Shown here: piece by piece, positions 29,390-40,654 of the stretch | How the letters are laid out: each line of letters opens with the position of its first letter | How positions within the stretch are numbered: the first letter of the stretch is position 1 | Assembly: GCA_048571215.1 (NCBI GenBank) | Contig: CP182352.1 | Coordinates: forward strand, 3,392,001 to 3,456,000 | Reading direction: 5' to 3' | Source: Halarcobacter sp. | GTDB lineage: Bacteria > Campylobacterota > Campylobacteria > Campylobacterales > Arcobacteraceae | DNA: 64,000 nt | Made by a program: the position numbers and the translations under genes | Notes under the pieces: generated by a model | Database searches by the model: none | What the model was told of the DNA's origin: nothing | Seen by the model: only the letters and a program-made list of their open reading frames with translations

Positions 29390-29745
29390 TTTTTTCCTTA
29401 AAATAGTCCCTGTTTTTTAGGACTTTAATCTAATGAGCTCTTTTAAGAGGATGGCTTTAGCATCTTTAAAGAGAACAACGAATTGTTTTTTTATTATTTA
29501 GGAAATCTCTTAGATAAATGTTTTCTTCCACTTATCTAAAAGATTTACAAAATTACTATCTTAATAAATTTTTGGTATTATATCACATTGAAGTTAGTTA
29601 ATACTTTATATTAGAAATTACAAAGAACAATTCATTGTTCTCTTTAGCTTTTTCCTTCTTTTTAACAAAATTTATTTTTGCACTATAAAAAGAAGAGATA
29701 TAATAACTGCTCCCTTTTTTAATGGGACATTTTAAAAGGACACAT

Positions 29746-30360
29746 TTGTTTACAGGTTTGATTAGAGAACTAGCTGATGTTATTAGTCTAAAAAACAATT
29801 TTTTAACTCTAAAGGCAAAATATACACCCAAAATAGGTGATTCTATCGCTGTTAATGGAGCTTGTTTAACTGTTGTTAGGCTTAGCTCTGATACTTTTAC
29901 AGTTGAGCTTTCACCTGAGACACAAAAAATCTTGGCTATGGAAAACTATAGAGGAAAGGTTCATATAGAACCTGCTATGATGATGGGTGATAGGTTTGAA
30001 GGACATATTGTCCAAGGTCATGTGGATTGTTTAGGGACAATAAAAACCATCACAAAGAGTGGAAATTCAACTGATTATATAATCTCACTTCCAAATGAAT
30101 ATTCAAAATATATTATTCCAAAGGGGAGTGTAACTATAGATGGGGTTTCACTTACTGTAAATGAGGTGATGAAAGACTCTTTTAGACTTACGATTATTCC
30201 ACATACTATTGAAAATACACTTTTTAGAACTTATAAAATAGGTTCAAAAGTGAATCTCGAAACCGATATGTTTGCCCGATATATTTATAATATGTTTAAA
30301 GGTGGTAAGGATAGTGGATTGACTTGGGATAAGGTTGATTCTATTATGGCTTCGTATTGA
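29746..30360 (+). CDS. ribE: Riboflavin synthase alpha chain
   Basis: Likely TTG start giving MFTGLIRE with AAGGA RBS; GDSIAVNGACLT, GHIVQGHVD and KGSVTIDGVSLT motifs. Confidence 0.95.
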   Translation: MFTGLIRELADVISLKNNFLTLKAKYTPKIGDSIAVNGACLTVVRLSSDTFTVELSPETQKILAMENYRGKVHIEPAMMMGDRFEGHIVQGHVDCLGTIKTITKSGNSTDYIISLPNEYSKYIIPKGSVTIDGVSLTVNEVMKDSFRLTIIPHTIENTLFRTYKIGSKVNLETDMFARYIYNMFKGGKDSGLTWDKVDSIMASY

Positions 30361-31114
30361 TATTGTTTTTTCTGTAGATAAAAAAGTTTTCCTCTTTTAG
30401 AACATGGGCATAGGGTTTTATTAAAGCTTCTTGCATATCTTGCATTTTGTTTACAGATACCACTTCTCCAACTAAAAGGCCCTCAAAAAATGTATTATCC
30501 ATACCAGAGGTTGTCACTATATCCCCTTCTTTTATAGAGTAGATAATAGGAATATATTTTACCATTAACAAACCATGTTCTTTTGAAGGGTGTACAATAC
30601 CTGGAGCTTTATTATTTCCAATAAATACAGCATAGTTACACTTTTCATTTCCATTTAAAAGTGCTTTTGCTCTGTTGTTATCATTTACTACAATTCCAGC
30701 TGCAAAGTTTCCTGAGATAAGACCTAGGATTTTGCTATCTTCCATTTTATAATCTAACCAAACTTTTGTAAAATCATCAAAATTGATATATGATAAAACA
30801 TGAGCAAACTTTACTTTCTCCTCATATTTTTTTTCTATATTTAGTGTTTGTTTTATATTATCTAATCTATTTTTTGCTGATAAGTAAAGAATTTTGTAAT
30901 TTTTTAGTGCCTCATTCTCTTTTTTTAATTCTTGAATAGTTGTTGCTTGATAAAAATATTTTTGTGTTGTATTCATTATTGAAATAGAAGTATCTATATA
31001 GAGTTTTTTTATTGAGTTAAAAGGATTTAGATTTGTTGCAATTAGTCTATCCACTTCAAATACATAAGCTAAACTAACTGCAACAAAAAGAAGAAAAAAA
31101 ATGAATTTATTCAT
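30344..31114 (-). CDS. mreC: Rod shape-determining protein MreC
   Basis: Downstream of mreB; TM helix plus coiled coil; GDIVTTSGMD motif. Confidence 0.9.
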   Translation of the reverse strand: MNKFIFFLLFVAVSLAYVFEVDRLIATNLNPFNSIKKLYIDTSISIMNTTQKYFYQATTIQELKKENEALKNYKILYLSAKNRLDNIKQTLNIEKKYEEKVKFAHVLSYINFDDFTKVWLDYKMEDSKILGLISGNFAAGIVVNDNNRAKALLNGNEKCNYAVFIGNNKAPGIVHPSKEHGLLMVKYIPIIYSIKEGDIVTTSGMDNTFFEGLLVGEVVSVNKMQDMQEALIKPYAHVLKEENFFIYRKNNINTKP

Positions 31115-32138
31115 TAGTAATTAATTTTAATAAGTCATCCTGATCTAATACATTGCTTGTACCATAAGCTACTGCTAATAAAGGCTCTTCAGCAACTTTT
31201 ACTGGTAGTTTAATAATATCCGATAGATATTTATCTAAACCACGAATTAATGCACCACCACCTGTTAGGATTACACCATTATCAACAATATCTCCTGCTA
31301 AATCTGGTGGCATATCTTCAAGCACTGATCTAACTGCTGATACAATCTCTCTTAGTGGTTCTTTTATAGCAGTTCTAACCCCTTCACTTCCAAGTTCAAT
31401 AGTTGAAAGAAGTCCAGAGTTGTCTCTACCTTTTACTTTTATCTTAAGCTCTTGGTCTTGTTTTATAGCTGAACCTATCTCTATTTTGATATTTTCTGCT
31501 GTTCTTTCCCCAATATATAGATTGTAGTTTTGTCTAACATAATCAATAATTGATTTATCAAACTTATCACCAGCCACTTTTATTGATTTTGAAAGTACAA
31601 GTCCACCAAGAGAAGTAACTCCAATCTCAGTAGTACCTCCACCAATATCAACTACCACATAACCAGATGGATCAGCAACAGGGATACCAGCACCAATAGC
31701 TGCTGCCATAGGCTCTTCTACTAAGAAAACCTCTCTAGCACCAGCACTAATAGCTGATTCTTTTACCGCTTTTCTCTCAACTTGAGTAATACCAAATGGG
31801 ATACAGATAATTATTCTAGGTCTTATAAATGATTTTCTTGCATGAGCTTTTTCAATAAAATATCTTATCATCATTTCAGTCATCTCAAAATCTGCAATAA
31901 CACCATCTTTCATAGGACGTACAGCTTGAATATTTAGAGGTGTTTTACCAATCATTTGTTTAGCTTCTTGACCAACTGCTAATATTCTATCTTTCCCATA
32001 TCTATTACTTTGTACAGCAACAACTGATGGCTCATTTATAATGATACCTTTTCCTTTTACAGAAACAATTGTATTTGCTGTACCTAAATCTATTGCCATA
32101 TCACTAGAAAATAGACCTATTAATTTATCGAATAACAT
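31107..32138 (-). CDS. mreB: Rod shape-determining protein MreB
   Basis: IDLGTANT, EEPMAAAIGAG and DIGGGTT motifs. Confidence 0.98.
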   Translation of the reverse strand: MLFDKLIGLFSSDMAIDLGTANTIVSVKGKGIIINEPSVVAVQSNRYGKDRILAVGQEAKQMIGKTPLNIQAVRPMKDGVIADFEMTEMMIRYFIEKAHARKSFIRPRIIICIPFGITQVERKAVKESAISAGAREVFLVEEPMAAAIGAGIPVADPSGYVVVDIGGGTTEIGVTSLGGLVLSKSIKVAGDKFDKSIIDYVRQNYNLYIGERTAENIKIEIGSAIKQDQELKIKVKGRDNSGLLSTIELGSEGVRTAIKEPLREIVSAVRSVLEDMPPDLAGDIVDNGVILTGGGALIRGLDKYLSDIIKLPVKVAEEPLLAVAYGTSNVLDQDDLLKLITNE

Positions 32139-32151
32139 ATCACTTCCTCTT

Positions 32152-33372
32152 TTAAGCTATTTTAGGTTCTTTTTTGTCTGTAACTACATCTTTAGTGATA
32201 GTTACTGTTTTATCTTTGTATAATGGTAAATCATACATGATATCCAGCATAATATCTTCTAAAATTGACCTTAATCCTCTTGCCCCTGTTTTTCTCTCAA
32301 TTGCAAGTCTTGCAATCTCTTTTAACGCATCTTTCTCGAATGCTAGTTTAACACCATCAAGATTGAAAAGCTTGATGTATTGTTTTACCAAGGCATTTTT
32401 TGGTTCAGTTAAAATATGAACCATATCATCTTCACTTATCTCATTTAATGTTGCTATCATATGAAGTCTACCAATAAGTTCTGGAATAAGTCCATATTTT
32501 ACTAAATCATGAGATTCTACTTGTGAGATGATTTGATCATCAGTTTTACTTTTTTTAGTTTGATTAAATCCTAAAATATTTCCACCATCTCTTTTTTTAA
32601 TAATTTCATCAAGACCATCAAAAGCCCCACCACAAATAAACAAAATATTTGTAGTATCAACTTGAATAGCATCTTGTCCTGGGTGTTTTCTTCCCCCTTT
32701 TGGTGGAACATTCACTTGTGAACCCTCAACTATTTTAAGAAGTGCTTGTTGTACACCTTCCCCTGATACATCTCTAGTGATAGATCTATTTTCACTCATA
32801 CGAGCTACTTTATCAACTTCATCTATAAAGATAATCCCAGTTTCAGCTTTTTTTATATCACCATTTGCAGCTTGAATAAGTCTAGTAACAACATTTTCAA
32901 CATCATCACCAACATATCCAGCTTCTGTTAAACTTGTAGCATCTGCAATAGCTAAAGGTACATCCAGATATTTAGCTATTGTTTGAGCTAAAAGGGTTTT
33001 ACCTGAACCTGTTGGACCTATTAAAAGTACATTTGATTTATTTATCTCTGTATCGTCATCTTCAAGTTCATCTTTTCTAAAAATTCTTTTATAGTGGTTA
33101 TAAACAGCTACAGATAGAACTTTTTTAGCTCTACTTTGTCCCACTACATAATCATCTAAAATCTCTTTTAGTTGAGCAGGTGTTTTTAACTCAAATTTTT
33201 TATCACTTTGTTCAACTTCATAATTCTCATCTTCATCTTCAGGTTTAGCTCCTGCCATGATTTCGTAAGCTGCATTTATACAAGCTTTACAAATACAAGC
33301 ATTATCACCTGAAATTATTGGATTTTCATTAGAATCAGGAGCTCCACAAAAATCACATTCTAATTTACTCAT
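32152..33372 (-). CDS. clpX: Clp protease ATP-binding subunit ClpX
   Basis: C4 zinc finger; [25 protein letters not shown] loop. Confidence 0.98.
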   Translation of the reverse strand: MSKLECDFCGAPDSNENPIISGDNACICKACINAAYEIMAGAKPEDEDENYEVEQSDKKFELKTPAQLKEILDDYVVGQSRAKKVLSVAVYNHYKRIFRKDELEDDDTEINKSNVLLIGPTGSGKTLLAQTIAKYLDVPLAIADATSLTEAGYVGDDVENVVTRLIQAANGDIKKAETGIIFIDEVDKVARMSENRSITRDVSGEGVQQALLKIVEGSQVNVPPKGGRKHPGQDAIQVDTTNILFICGGAFDGLDEIIKKRDGGNILGFNQTKKSKTDDQIISQVESHDLVKYGLIPELIGRLHMIATLNEISEDDMVHILTEPKNALVKQYIKLFNLDGVKLAFEKDALKEIARLAIERKTGARGLRSILEDIMLDIMYDLPLYKDKTVTITKDVVTDKKEPKIA

Positions 33373-33386
33373 TTAAAACTTTTCTC

Positions 33387-34169
33387 CTATTTTCTATTAA
33401 ATGGAATACCTCTTTTAGTGTTAAGCACAAAATTTGCCAACTCTAAAACATAAGTATTCTTATTTGTTTCTATTAACTCTTTTGCCATATCAGAAATAGG
33501 GTTACCCGATTCAAATAGTGCTTTATAAGCTTTTTTAACTGCATCAATATCTGCTCTGTCACTAAATCTTCTTCTAAGACCATTTAGATTTAATCCTCTT
33601 AGAACTGCTCTGTTCCCTTCTGCTAAACAAAAAGGTGGAATATCTTGGGTAACAACTGAACCCCCAGCTATCATAACATTTGAACCAATTTTACAAAATT
33701 GATGTATGGGAGTTAATCCTCCAACAACAACATTATCATCTATCTCAACATGACCAGCTAGTGTTGCAACATTTGCAAAGATGCAGTTATTTCCAACTAT
33801 AACATCATGAGCAACATGAGTATATCCCATAAAAAGGTTATTGTCACCGATTCTTGTAACCCGACCGCCACCTTTTGTTCCAGGATTAAAAAGAGTGTAT
33901 TCTCTAATTTTGTTGTTGTTTCCTATGATTAGTTCTACATCTTCTCCATCAAATTTCAAATCTTGAGGAATTGAACCTATGGTTGCATGGGAAAAAATTT
34001 GGTTGTTTTCTCCAATTGTTGTTTTACCCTCAATCAAAGTGTGACTAGCTATGGTTGTTCCATTACCGATTTTTACATCTTTCCCTATTAGGGTAAAGGC
34101 ACCAATGGTAATATTATCACCAAGTATTGCTCCATCTTCTATTATAGCTGTTTTATGAATATTATTCAT
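33387..34169 (-). CDS. lpxA: UDP-N-acetylglucosamine O-acyltransferase
   Basis: Hexapeptide repeats, PQDLKF, HVAHD; likely start MNNIHK at 34169. Confidence 0.96.
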   Translation of the reverse strand: MNNIHKTAIIEDGAILGDNITIGAFTLIGKDVKIGNGTTIASHTLIEGKTTIGENNQIFSHATIGSIPQDLKFDGEDVELIIGNNNKIREYTLFNPGTKGGGRVTRIGDNNLFMGYTHVAHDVIVGNNCIFANVATLAGHVEIDDNVVVGGLTPIHQFCKIGSNVMIAGGSVVTQDIPPFCLAEGNRAVLRGLNLNGLRRRFSDRADIDAVKKAYKALFESGNPISDMAKELIETNKNTYVLELANFVLNTKRGIPFNRK

Positions 34170-34176
34170 TCTTTTC

Positions 34177-34620
34177 CTATTTATCAACTATCATAGCTTT
34201 TAGCTCTGCTTCTGCAACAATTTTATCATCAACATAAGCTTTACCATCAAGTACAATCAATGTACCTCTTAGTTTTTTTATTTCAATTCTATACTCTAAT
34301 TTATCACCAGGCTTAACAGGAGTTCTAAATTTTGCTTTATCTATACTCATAAAATAGATAACTTTTTTAGCGATTTCCTCTTTTGATAAGTCATTACTTT
34401 TTAAAGCAAGTACTCCACCAGCTTGAGCCATACCCTCTAGGATTAAAACTCCTGGGTAGATTGGATGACCTGGAAAGTGCCCCATAAAAGCAGGCTCACT
34501 AATAGAGATATTTTTATAACCAGTGATAGACTCACCTTTTTCCATTTGTGTAATTCTATCAACTAATAAAAAAGGGTATCTATGAGGTAAAATATCTTGT
34601 ATTTCCATTATATCTAACAT
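34177..34620 (-). CDS. fabZ: 3-hydroxyacyl-ACP dehydratase
   Basis: [12 protein letters not shown] and [20 protein letters not shown] motifs. Confidence 0.98.
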   Translation of the reverse strand: MLDIMEIQDILPHRYPFLLVDRITQMEKGESITGYKNISISEPAFMGHFPGHPIYPGVLILEGMAQAGGVLALKSNDLSKEEIAKKVIYFMSIDKAKFRTPVKPGDKLEYRIEIKKLRGTLIVLDGKAYVDDKIVAEAELKAMIVDK

Positions 34621-34672
34621 TCTTGTATTCCTATATCTGTTTTAAAAATCATATATTCTATCTAAAAAAAAA

Positions 34673-35716
34673 TTAGTTCTGAATTATTTTGGCAACATTT
34701 TCGCTACTACCAAATTTTAAATACTCTCTTAAGATTAAAGAGTCTTTTAAAAACTTCTGTCTATCCATATTTTTATACTCCCCATAGAGGTTATCTACTG
34801 TTACATCCTCTTGGAGATACTCTTTGTGAATTATATCTTTTCCCATTTTCTCAAAAAAGATATTTGCAAGACCAATATATGGGAGCTTTACAAACTTCCT
34901 TCCTATAAAATAGTCTATTTTTTTAGCAATATAACTTAAAACAAAAGGGGTTCCTATAATTGAAGCTTCTAAAGTAGCTGTTCCTGAACAAATAAATCCA
35001 AATTCTGCTTCTTTTAACTCTTTATGGGCATCATTTGAAATTGTAAAATTTGATAGGTTTCCATAAGTTTTTTTTATATACTCTTCATCAAATTTTGAAG
35101 GTATTATAAGTATATGTTTTTTGTCTTTTATTTTTGAACTTAGTTCTCTAAATATTGGCATAAGATTTGTAATCTCTGTTTTTCTACTCCCTGGCATATA
35201 AACAATCTTATCACTTTGTGTTAGTTCTTGTTTGAATTTTGTAATCTCATCTAATAAAGGATGCCCCACATAGGTTATTTTATCCTTGTCATTATAAATC
35301 TCACTCTCAAAAGGGATGATAGAGCAAAGTTTGTTACAATATTTTTCTAACTTCTCAACTCTTTTTCTTTTCCACGCCCAAGCTTGAGGAAGAATATAAT
35401 AGATTATCTCTTTATTTGGATAAGTCTCTCTTAATTTTTTTGCAAGGGGTAGGTTAAATCCAGAGCTATCCATTAGCAAAACCTTATCACAATTTTTTGC
35501 AAGTTCCACCATCTCATCTCTAAGTTTAAAGAAAAAATTTATTTTTTTTAGTGCATCCACAAAGCCCATAATTGCCAAATGTGATAAATCATAAAGGGGT
35601 TCCCCTAAATCTTTATCAAATACCCCTTGAAACTCCACACTCTTGCTTAGATATTTTTTTAACTCTTTTAGGTGGATATTTGATGAGGTTTCCAAAGCAG
35701 AAACTAATATTTTCAT
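34673..35716 (-). CDS. lpxB: Lipid-A-disaccharide synthase
   Basis: PQAWAWK, YVGHPL, PGSR and SGTATLE motifs. Confidence 0.95.
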   Translation of the reverse strand: MKILVSALETSSNIHLKELKKYLSKSVEFQGVFDKDLGEPLYDLSHLAIMGFVDALKKINFFFKLRDEMVELAKNCDKVLLMDSSGFNLPLAKKLRETYPNKEIIYYILPQAWAWKRKRVEKLEKYCNKLCSIIPFESEIYNDKDKITYVGHPLLDEITKFKQELTQSDKIVYMPGSRKTEITNLMPIFRELSSKIKDKKHILIIPSKFDEEYIKKTYGNLSNFTISNDAHKELKEAEFGFICSGTATLEASIIGTPFVLSYIAKKIDYFIGRKFVKLPYIGLANIFFEKMGKDIIHKEYLQEDVTVDNLYGEYKNMDRQKFLKDSLILREYLKFGSSENVAKIIQN

Positions 35717-36786
35717 ATAATTACTTCTTTTACATCTTCATAAATAACAGAGTCAAGGCTTATATCGTATTTTCCATCTATAACTTCATCCACAACAACA
35801 ATAGTTGATAAGCCATAGGGATTGTTTGTGATTTTTTCTCTGATATTTAATTCTGACTTAAAGGTGGGTGGATTGAACATCAAGTCTTTTACACTTCTAT
35901 ATGTGCTATTCCCAAGTTCATTAAAAATATTCAAAGGTAGAATTTTTACTTCATCTCTGTTTAAATAAGAGATTTCATTTTTTTCGTAGGTTATTCTACC
36001 ATTTGTTTTTTTCTTACCTAATGTAGAATAACAAAGAAAATATGAGGGTACAATCTCTTTATCTATTTTTAAAGTTGCACTTAGAAGTCTATAGTTTAAA
36101 AATCTTTGTTTGATAATCTGAAAAGGGATCCCTTGTTCTTCTAAATCATCTCTTTTTTTATATATCTCTAGTCTACTCTCTATTGATTCTGGAAGTATTT
36201 GATTAGAAATTGGGGAAAACATCTCATCCATAATTTTATCCTGTTGTTCTCTTTGATCACTTAGTGCAAAAATACATCCACAATAGTTTTGTCTATACAA
36301 AGAGTTTTCTTTTACTACTTCACCTTGTTTTTGGCTACCATTACCACTTCTATAATCTTTGAAAATAAATTCACAGTTATATTTTTCTTGTAATTCACTA
36401 CCAATTTTCTCTAGCTTGTCTTGAGATTTCTTTGGAGAGATTAAAAGAGAAGTTGTAAATTTGTTATGACCTAATTCTAAGGCTTTTTTAACACTTGTTT
36501 CAAGTCTATCATCAAAACATACGGTGCATCTATCACCTTTTTCTGGTTCATTTTCAAGACCTTTTACTTTTTTTAGCCACTCTTCTAGGTTATATGGACC
36601 TTCTATTAAAGGTATTCCTAACTTTTTACAAGAGTATTCCACATCTAAATATCTTAATCTATACTCTTCATATGGGTGGATGTTTGGATCATAAAAAAAA
36701 CCTGTTAAATCTTCGTTTGGGAAATCTTCTCTTAACTTCTCTAAAAAATAATGGGAATCAACTGCGCAACAAATATGTACTAACAA
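35713..36786 (-). CDS. queH: Epoxyqueuosine reductase QueH (DUF208)
   Basis: HICCA, PNIHP, RCTVC and YRQNYCGC motifs. Confidence 0.88.
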   Translation of the reverse strand: MLVHICCAVDSHYFLEKLREDFPNEDLTGFFYDPNIHPYEEYRLRYLDVEYSCKKLGIPLIEGPYNLEEWLKKVKGLENEPEKGDRCTVCFDDRLETSVKKALELGHNKFTTSLLISPKKSQDKLEKIGSELQEKYNCEFIFKDYRSGNGSQKQGEVVKENSLYRQNYCGCIFALSDQREQQDKIMDEMFSPISNQILPESIESRLEIYKKRDDLEEQGIPFQIIKQRFLNYRLLSATLKIDKEIVPSYFLCYSTLGKKKTNGRITYEKNEISYLNRDEVKILPLNIFNELGNSTYRSVKDLMFNPPTFKSELNIREKITNNPYGLSTIVVVDEVIDGKYDISLDSVIYEDVKEVII

Positions 36787-36847
36787 AAACTACCTTTGAT
36801 GATTTTTTTAGTATTATAGTGAAACTTTTTATAACAAAGGATTAGAA

Positions 36848-37231
36848 ATAAAAATTACAATATATATTTATCTTTTTATTCTTTTATTTACAGGTTGTGC
36901 CTTTACTCAACCTAAAGTTGTCTCAAGTGCAACTATTTTGATAAAAACCCCTGGGATGAAGTTTTATGATAGAGGGTTTATCTCAAAATATGATGACCAT
37001 ATAAATGTGCAGATTTTTTCGGCAGGAACTTCTATTTTAACTTTAGATATTTTTGATGATAGGATATGCAAAGATAGTTTACAATGTCAGTCTAGTAGCT
37101 CTTTTAACAAAGAGTTTTTACATAAAAGTTACAAAAAAAACTTTCTAAAAGAGCTATTTAGTCAAAATAAAAAACAGACTATTTTCAGGGATAAGCAAAA
37201 CCATATACTAATCAAGATTTTAAAAGATTAG
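36848..37231 (+). CDS. Putative lipoprotein (probable ATA start)
   Basis: The 36938 frame extends upstream to an ATA after AAGGA and encodes a signal peptide with lipobox LFTGC. Confidence 0.65.
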   Translation: MKITIYIYLFILLFTGCAFTQPKVVSSATILIKTPGMKFYDRGFISKYDDHINVQIFSAGTSILTLDIFDDRICKDSLQCQSSSSFNKEFLHKSYKKNFLKELFSQNKKQTIFRDKQNHILIKILKD

Positions 37232-37232
37232 T

Positions 37233-38432
37233 TTACATTTTTCTAATTCTTGAATATCCTGTTTTGATTAGTTTTAATAAAGGTTTTCTATATGAACTAA
37301 ATACATAATGTTTAATTTCATATGCTAATCTTCCTTTTACATGAAATAAGTCATAAATACTTCCAGCTGCATATTTCCCACCAAGGGCTATTAATATCCC
37401 TTCAAGTTTTGGATCACAAGGGATTAGTTTTTTGTTATTGATTAGATTAAGAACATTTTTTCCAGCATTTATTCCACTTATTCTTGCAATAGTTACATTT
37501 GGTGGCATTATATCACCATTTTTATTTCTAATCTCAGCTGCATCTCCAATGGCAAATATATTTTCATATTTGTCACTTTGCATAAACTCATTTACTATTA
37601 TTTGTCCTTTTGGGTTTGTTGCTACATCTAACTCTTCTGTGATTTTATTTGCTTCAACACCCCCTGTGAAAATTAGAAATGAGTGTTTGATTTTTGTACC
37701 ATTTGATAAATAAGCAAGATCATCTTCACATTTTTGAAGTTTTGTATTTGTAATTACATTAATCCCAAGCTCTTTTAATCTATTGTGAGAGATTCTTATA
37801 AGTTTTGGATGAAGTCCTGGTAAAATAGAATCAGAACTACTAATCAAAGAGATTTTTAGATTGTCACAACTAAAATTTCCTCTTTTGAAGAACATTCTTG
37901 AGTTGTATGCCATCTCAGCTGCTATCTCAACACCAGATAAACCGGCTCCAACAACTACAATATGCGTATCATCACAAGTTTTTGCCTCATCTTCAATTTT
38001 TTTGAAAAGTTGATTTTCAAAACTTTGTTTAAAAAACATAGCCCAGTGAAGTTTTTTTATATCGTGTGCATTGTTAAGTCCGGGAATAACAGGTGGGAAA
38101 AATGTTCTAGTTCCTGTTGCCATGATTAGGTAATCAAACTCGACTATCTCTTTCTCTTCTGTAAAGATTTTCTTTTGTTCTTGGTCTATTTTTCTCACTT
38201 TTAGATTTTTATACTCTAAATAGCTGTGATTAAAACCTTTACACAAGGTAGTTAAGTCAATAGTTACATCTGCAATATTAGATTTGTTTGCAATTAGGTC
38301 GTAAACTTCAGGTTGTAGGTTGTGAAAGGTGTGTTTATCAATAAGAGTGATTTTTATATGCTTATTTTTTACAAGTTCTCTTAAAGCATAAATACCAGCA
38401 TACCCACCACCGATTATTACTACTTTATCCAT
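37233..38432 (-). CDS. NDH-2-like FAD-dependent pyridine nucleotide oxidoreductase
   Basis: IIGGGYAG, VVGAGLSGVEIAAE and IFAIGD motifs. Confidence 0.85.
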   Translation of the reverse strand: MDKVVIIGGGYAGIYALRELVKNKHIKITLIDKHTFHNLQPEVYDLIANKSNIADVTIDLTTLCKGFNHSYLEYKNLKVRKIDQEQKKIFTEEKEIVEFDYLIMATGTRTFFPPVIPGLNNAHDIKKLHWAMFFKQSFENQLFKKIEDEAKTCDDTHIVVVGAGLSGVEIAAEMAYNSRMFFKRGNFSCDNLKISLISSSDSILPGLHPKLIRISHNRLKELGINVITNTKLQKCEDDLAYLSNGTKIKHSFLIFTGGVEANKITEELDVATNPKGQIIVNEFMQSDKYENIFAIGDAAEIRNKNGDIMPPNVTIARISGINAGKNVLNLINNKKLIPCDPKLEGILIALGGKYAAGSIYDLFHVKGRLAYEIKHYVFSSYRKPLLKLIKTGYSRIRKM

Positions 38433-38574
38433 ATTTTATCCTTCATAAATATAATGATTTTGTAATAAATTAAATCGTATAGTATTTAAATTTTATAGCC
38501 TAAGTATAGCTAAAGTGGAATAGTACACAAAATAGGATTAAAATAGTTTGGTTTGCTGTATATAAATTAGATAG

Positions 38575-40536
38575 TTAATCTAATCTTTTTGGTTCACCAA
38601 AATAGTAACCCTGTGAATAATCAACTCCCATTTTTTTGACAGTTTTATATACATCAGCCGAATGTACAAACTCCGCAATGGTTTTTATACCCATTTTATT
38701 TGCAAAGTTGATAATAGTTTCAGTTACTATTTGAGAATTTTTATTTTTATCAATATTTCTTATCATTGAGGCATCAATTTTTATATAATCAACATTTAGT
38801 TTCATAAGATATTCGAAGTTAGAATAACCAGTACCAAAGTCATCAATAGAGATTTTTGCTCCTGTTTTTTTAACCTCTTTAATAAATTGTTTAACCTCTG
38901 CAAAATTTTCGATACCTTCTGATTCTAATATCTCAAATACTATTTTATTGCCAAGTTTGTATTCATTGAGTTTTTCTAATATGATTTGGTGAATATATTT
39001 ATTTAAAATATCTTCAACTGATAGGTTAATAGAGATTTGTACATTAAAAGTTTTTGCTTTTTGAAAGGTTTTTATTAAGATAATTTTTGTCAATTCAGGA
39101 TATAGCTTATTCTTTTTTGCTAACTGTAAGAAGTGTATAGGTGCTATATATTCTCCATTTTTATCAACCATTCTCATTAAGGCTTCATATTTTACTATCT
39201 CTTTTGTTTTTGTATTTACTATTGGTTGATATAAAGGTTCTATCATATCATTTGTAATTGCATCTTTTATTTTTTTTGTCCAATGAAGGTTTTGCTCATA
39301 TTCATACTCCATATGCATAGATGAATCATATATTAAAAATCTTTTTTTATTTTTTTTGGCCAATTTTAAAGCAATATCTGAGTAGTTTAGTAAAAAAGTA
39401 TTTCCATATGCTACCCCCATAGTTACACTTATATAAATTTGAGTTCCATTTATCTCAAAATCAGTATTTTCAATCACATTAGATATATGAGAAGCAAGTT
39501 TTTCAATTTCATTATATGATAAATCACTTGGATAATATATAGCATACTCATCAGCATGAAGCTTAAAAAGTTGGGCTGTAGATATTGGTAAAGCTTTTTT
39601 TAGAATATCAGATGTTTCTTTTAATATCTCATCTCCTGCTATATCTCCATAAAGGTCATTTATCTCTTGGAACTTATCAATATCTATGATTACTAAAACT
39701 CCATTTTCATAGTTTGAGATAACTTCAATTAATCTTTTTCTATTTGGCAGAGAGGTTAATGAATCATTATAAAATTGGAACTCTATAGAATCAAGCATAT
39801 CATTGAAAACAATTTGCATAGATTCTATCTCTTCTACATTGTTATCTTCTATTGTAACTCTTTTTGTAATATTCTTTTCATTTGAAATAGAGTTGATATT
39901 TGCAATAAATATTTTGATAGGTTTAACTAAATGTTTATCAAATTTAGTAAATAATGCAAAAAATATAACAAGTGTAAAAATTATAATAAAAATCAAGAAA
40001 AAGTTAATAATAGAGGATAAAGATACTTTTAAATCTTTTATAGGATAGTTTATATTAATGACACCCAAAACACTCCCTGTAGTTGTTTGTGTATGACATT
40101 TAAGACACTCATCTTTTGCTACTAAAGGATAATAATAATCAATAGATTTGTCATCAACTATATTTAAAACCTCTGTGTTGTTCAAGGCTTGTTTTATTAG
40201 ATGGTTATTTTTTCTTGCATTTAAATCTTTTTTTATCTCTCCAAATTGTTTTGCAACTTCATAACTTCTATATACATCTACCCGCATATTTTTATCTACA
40301 TTATTTAATCTATGGATTATTTTTTCTAAATCATTTCTATCCCAACCCTTTTCCATAGCTGAGTATAGAGATTGGAACACAAGCTGTGTAGTCTTCTTGG
40401 CATCTACTTTTGTTAGTTTTTCTATAGCATCTTTTTTCATATATTGGGCATAAAAAAAAGCTACTGATAAACTTATTACAAGGGTAGATAGTATAATTTT
40501 AAAAATAAGTTTTTTATATGTTGTTCTTCGATTCAT
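38575..40536 (-). CDS. Membrane GGDEF-EAL protein with periplasmic CxxCH sensor
   Basis: Two TMs; CLKCH; degenerate GGDEF (HADEY); intact EAL, DDFGTGYS and QGYYF. Confidence 0.88.
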   Translation of the reverse strand: MNRRTTYKKLIFKIILSTLVISLSVAFFYAQYMKKDAIEKLTKVDAKKTTQLVFQSLYSAMEKGWDRNDLEKIIHRLNNVDKNMRVDVYRSYEVAKQFGEIKKDLNARKNNHLIKQALNNTEVLNIVDDKSIDYYYPLVAKDECLKCHTQTTTGSVLGVININYPIKDLKVSLSSIINFFLIFIIIFTLVIFFALFTKFDKHLVKPIKIFIANINSISNEKNITKRVTIEDNNVEEIESMQIVFNDMLDSIEFQFYNDSLTSLPNRKRLIEVISNYENGVLVIIDIDKFQEINDLYGDIAGDEILKETSDILKKALPISTAQLFKLHADEYAIYYPSDLSYNEIEKLASHISNVIENTDFEINGTQIYISVTMGVAYGNTFLLNYSDIALKLAKKNKKRFLIYDSSMHMEYEYEQNLHWTKKIKDAITNDMIEPLYQPIVNTKTKEIVKYEALMRMVDKNGEYIAPIHFLQLAKKNKLYPELTKIILIKTFQKAKTFNVQISINLSVEDILNKYIHQIILEKLNEYKLGNKIVFEILESEGIENFAEVKQFIKEVKKTGAKISIDDFGTGYSNFEYLMKLNVDYIKIDASMIRNIDKNKNSQIVTETIINFANKMGIKTIAEFVHSADVYKTVKKMGVDYSQGYYFGEPKRLD

Positions 40537-40654
40537 TTTATATTAATTGCTTTTATTATGAAAATTTTAATTTTTGAAAATATACAGTAATTAGCTTTAA
40601 AGTACTATTTTTGTATTATCATTTTTAAATAAATAAACTTTTTTAGGAATTAAT

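Noticed and set aside
29590..29745. FMN riboswitch upstream of riboflavin synthase
   Set aside because: No conserved RFN motifs visible.
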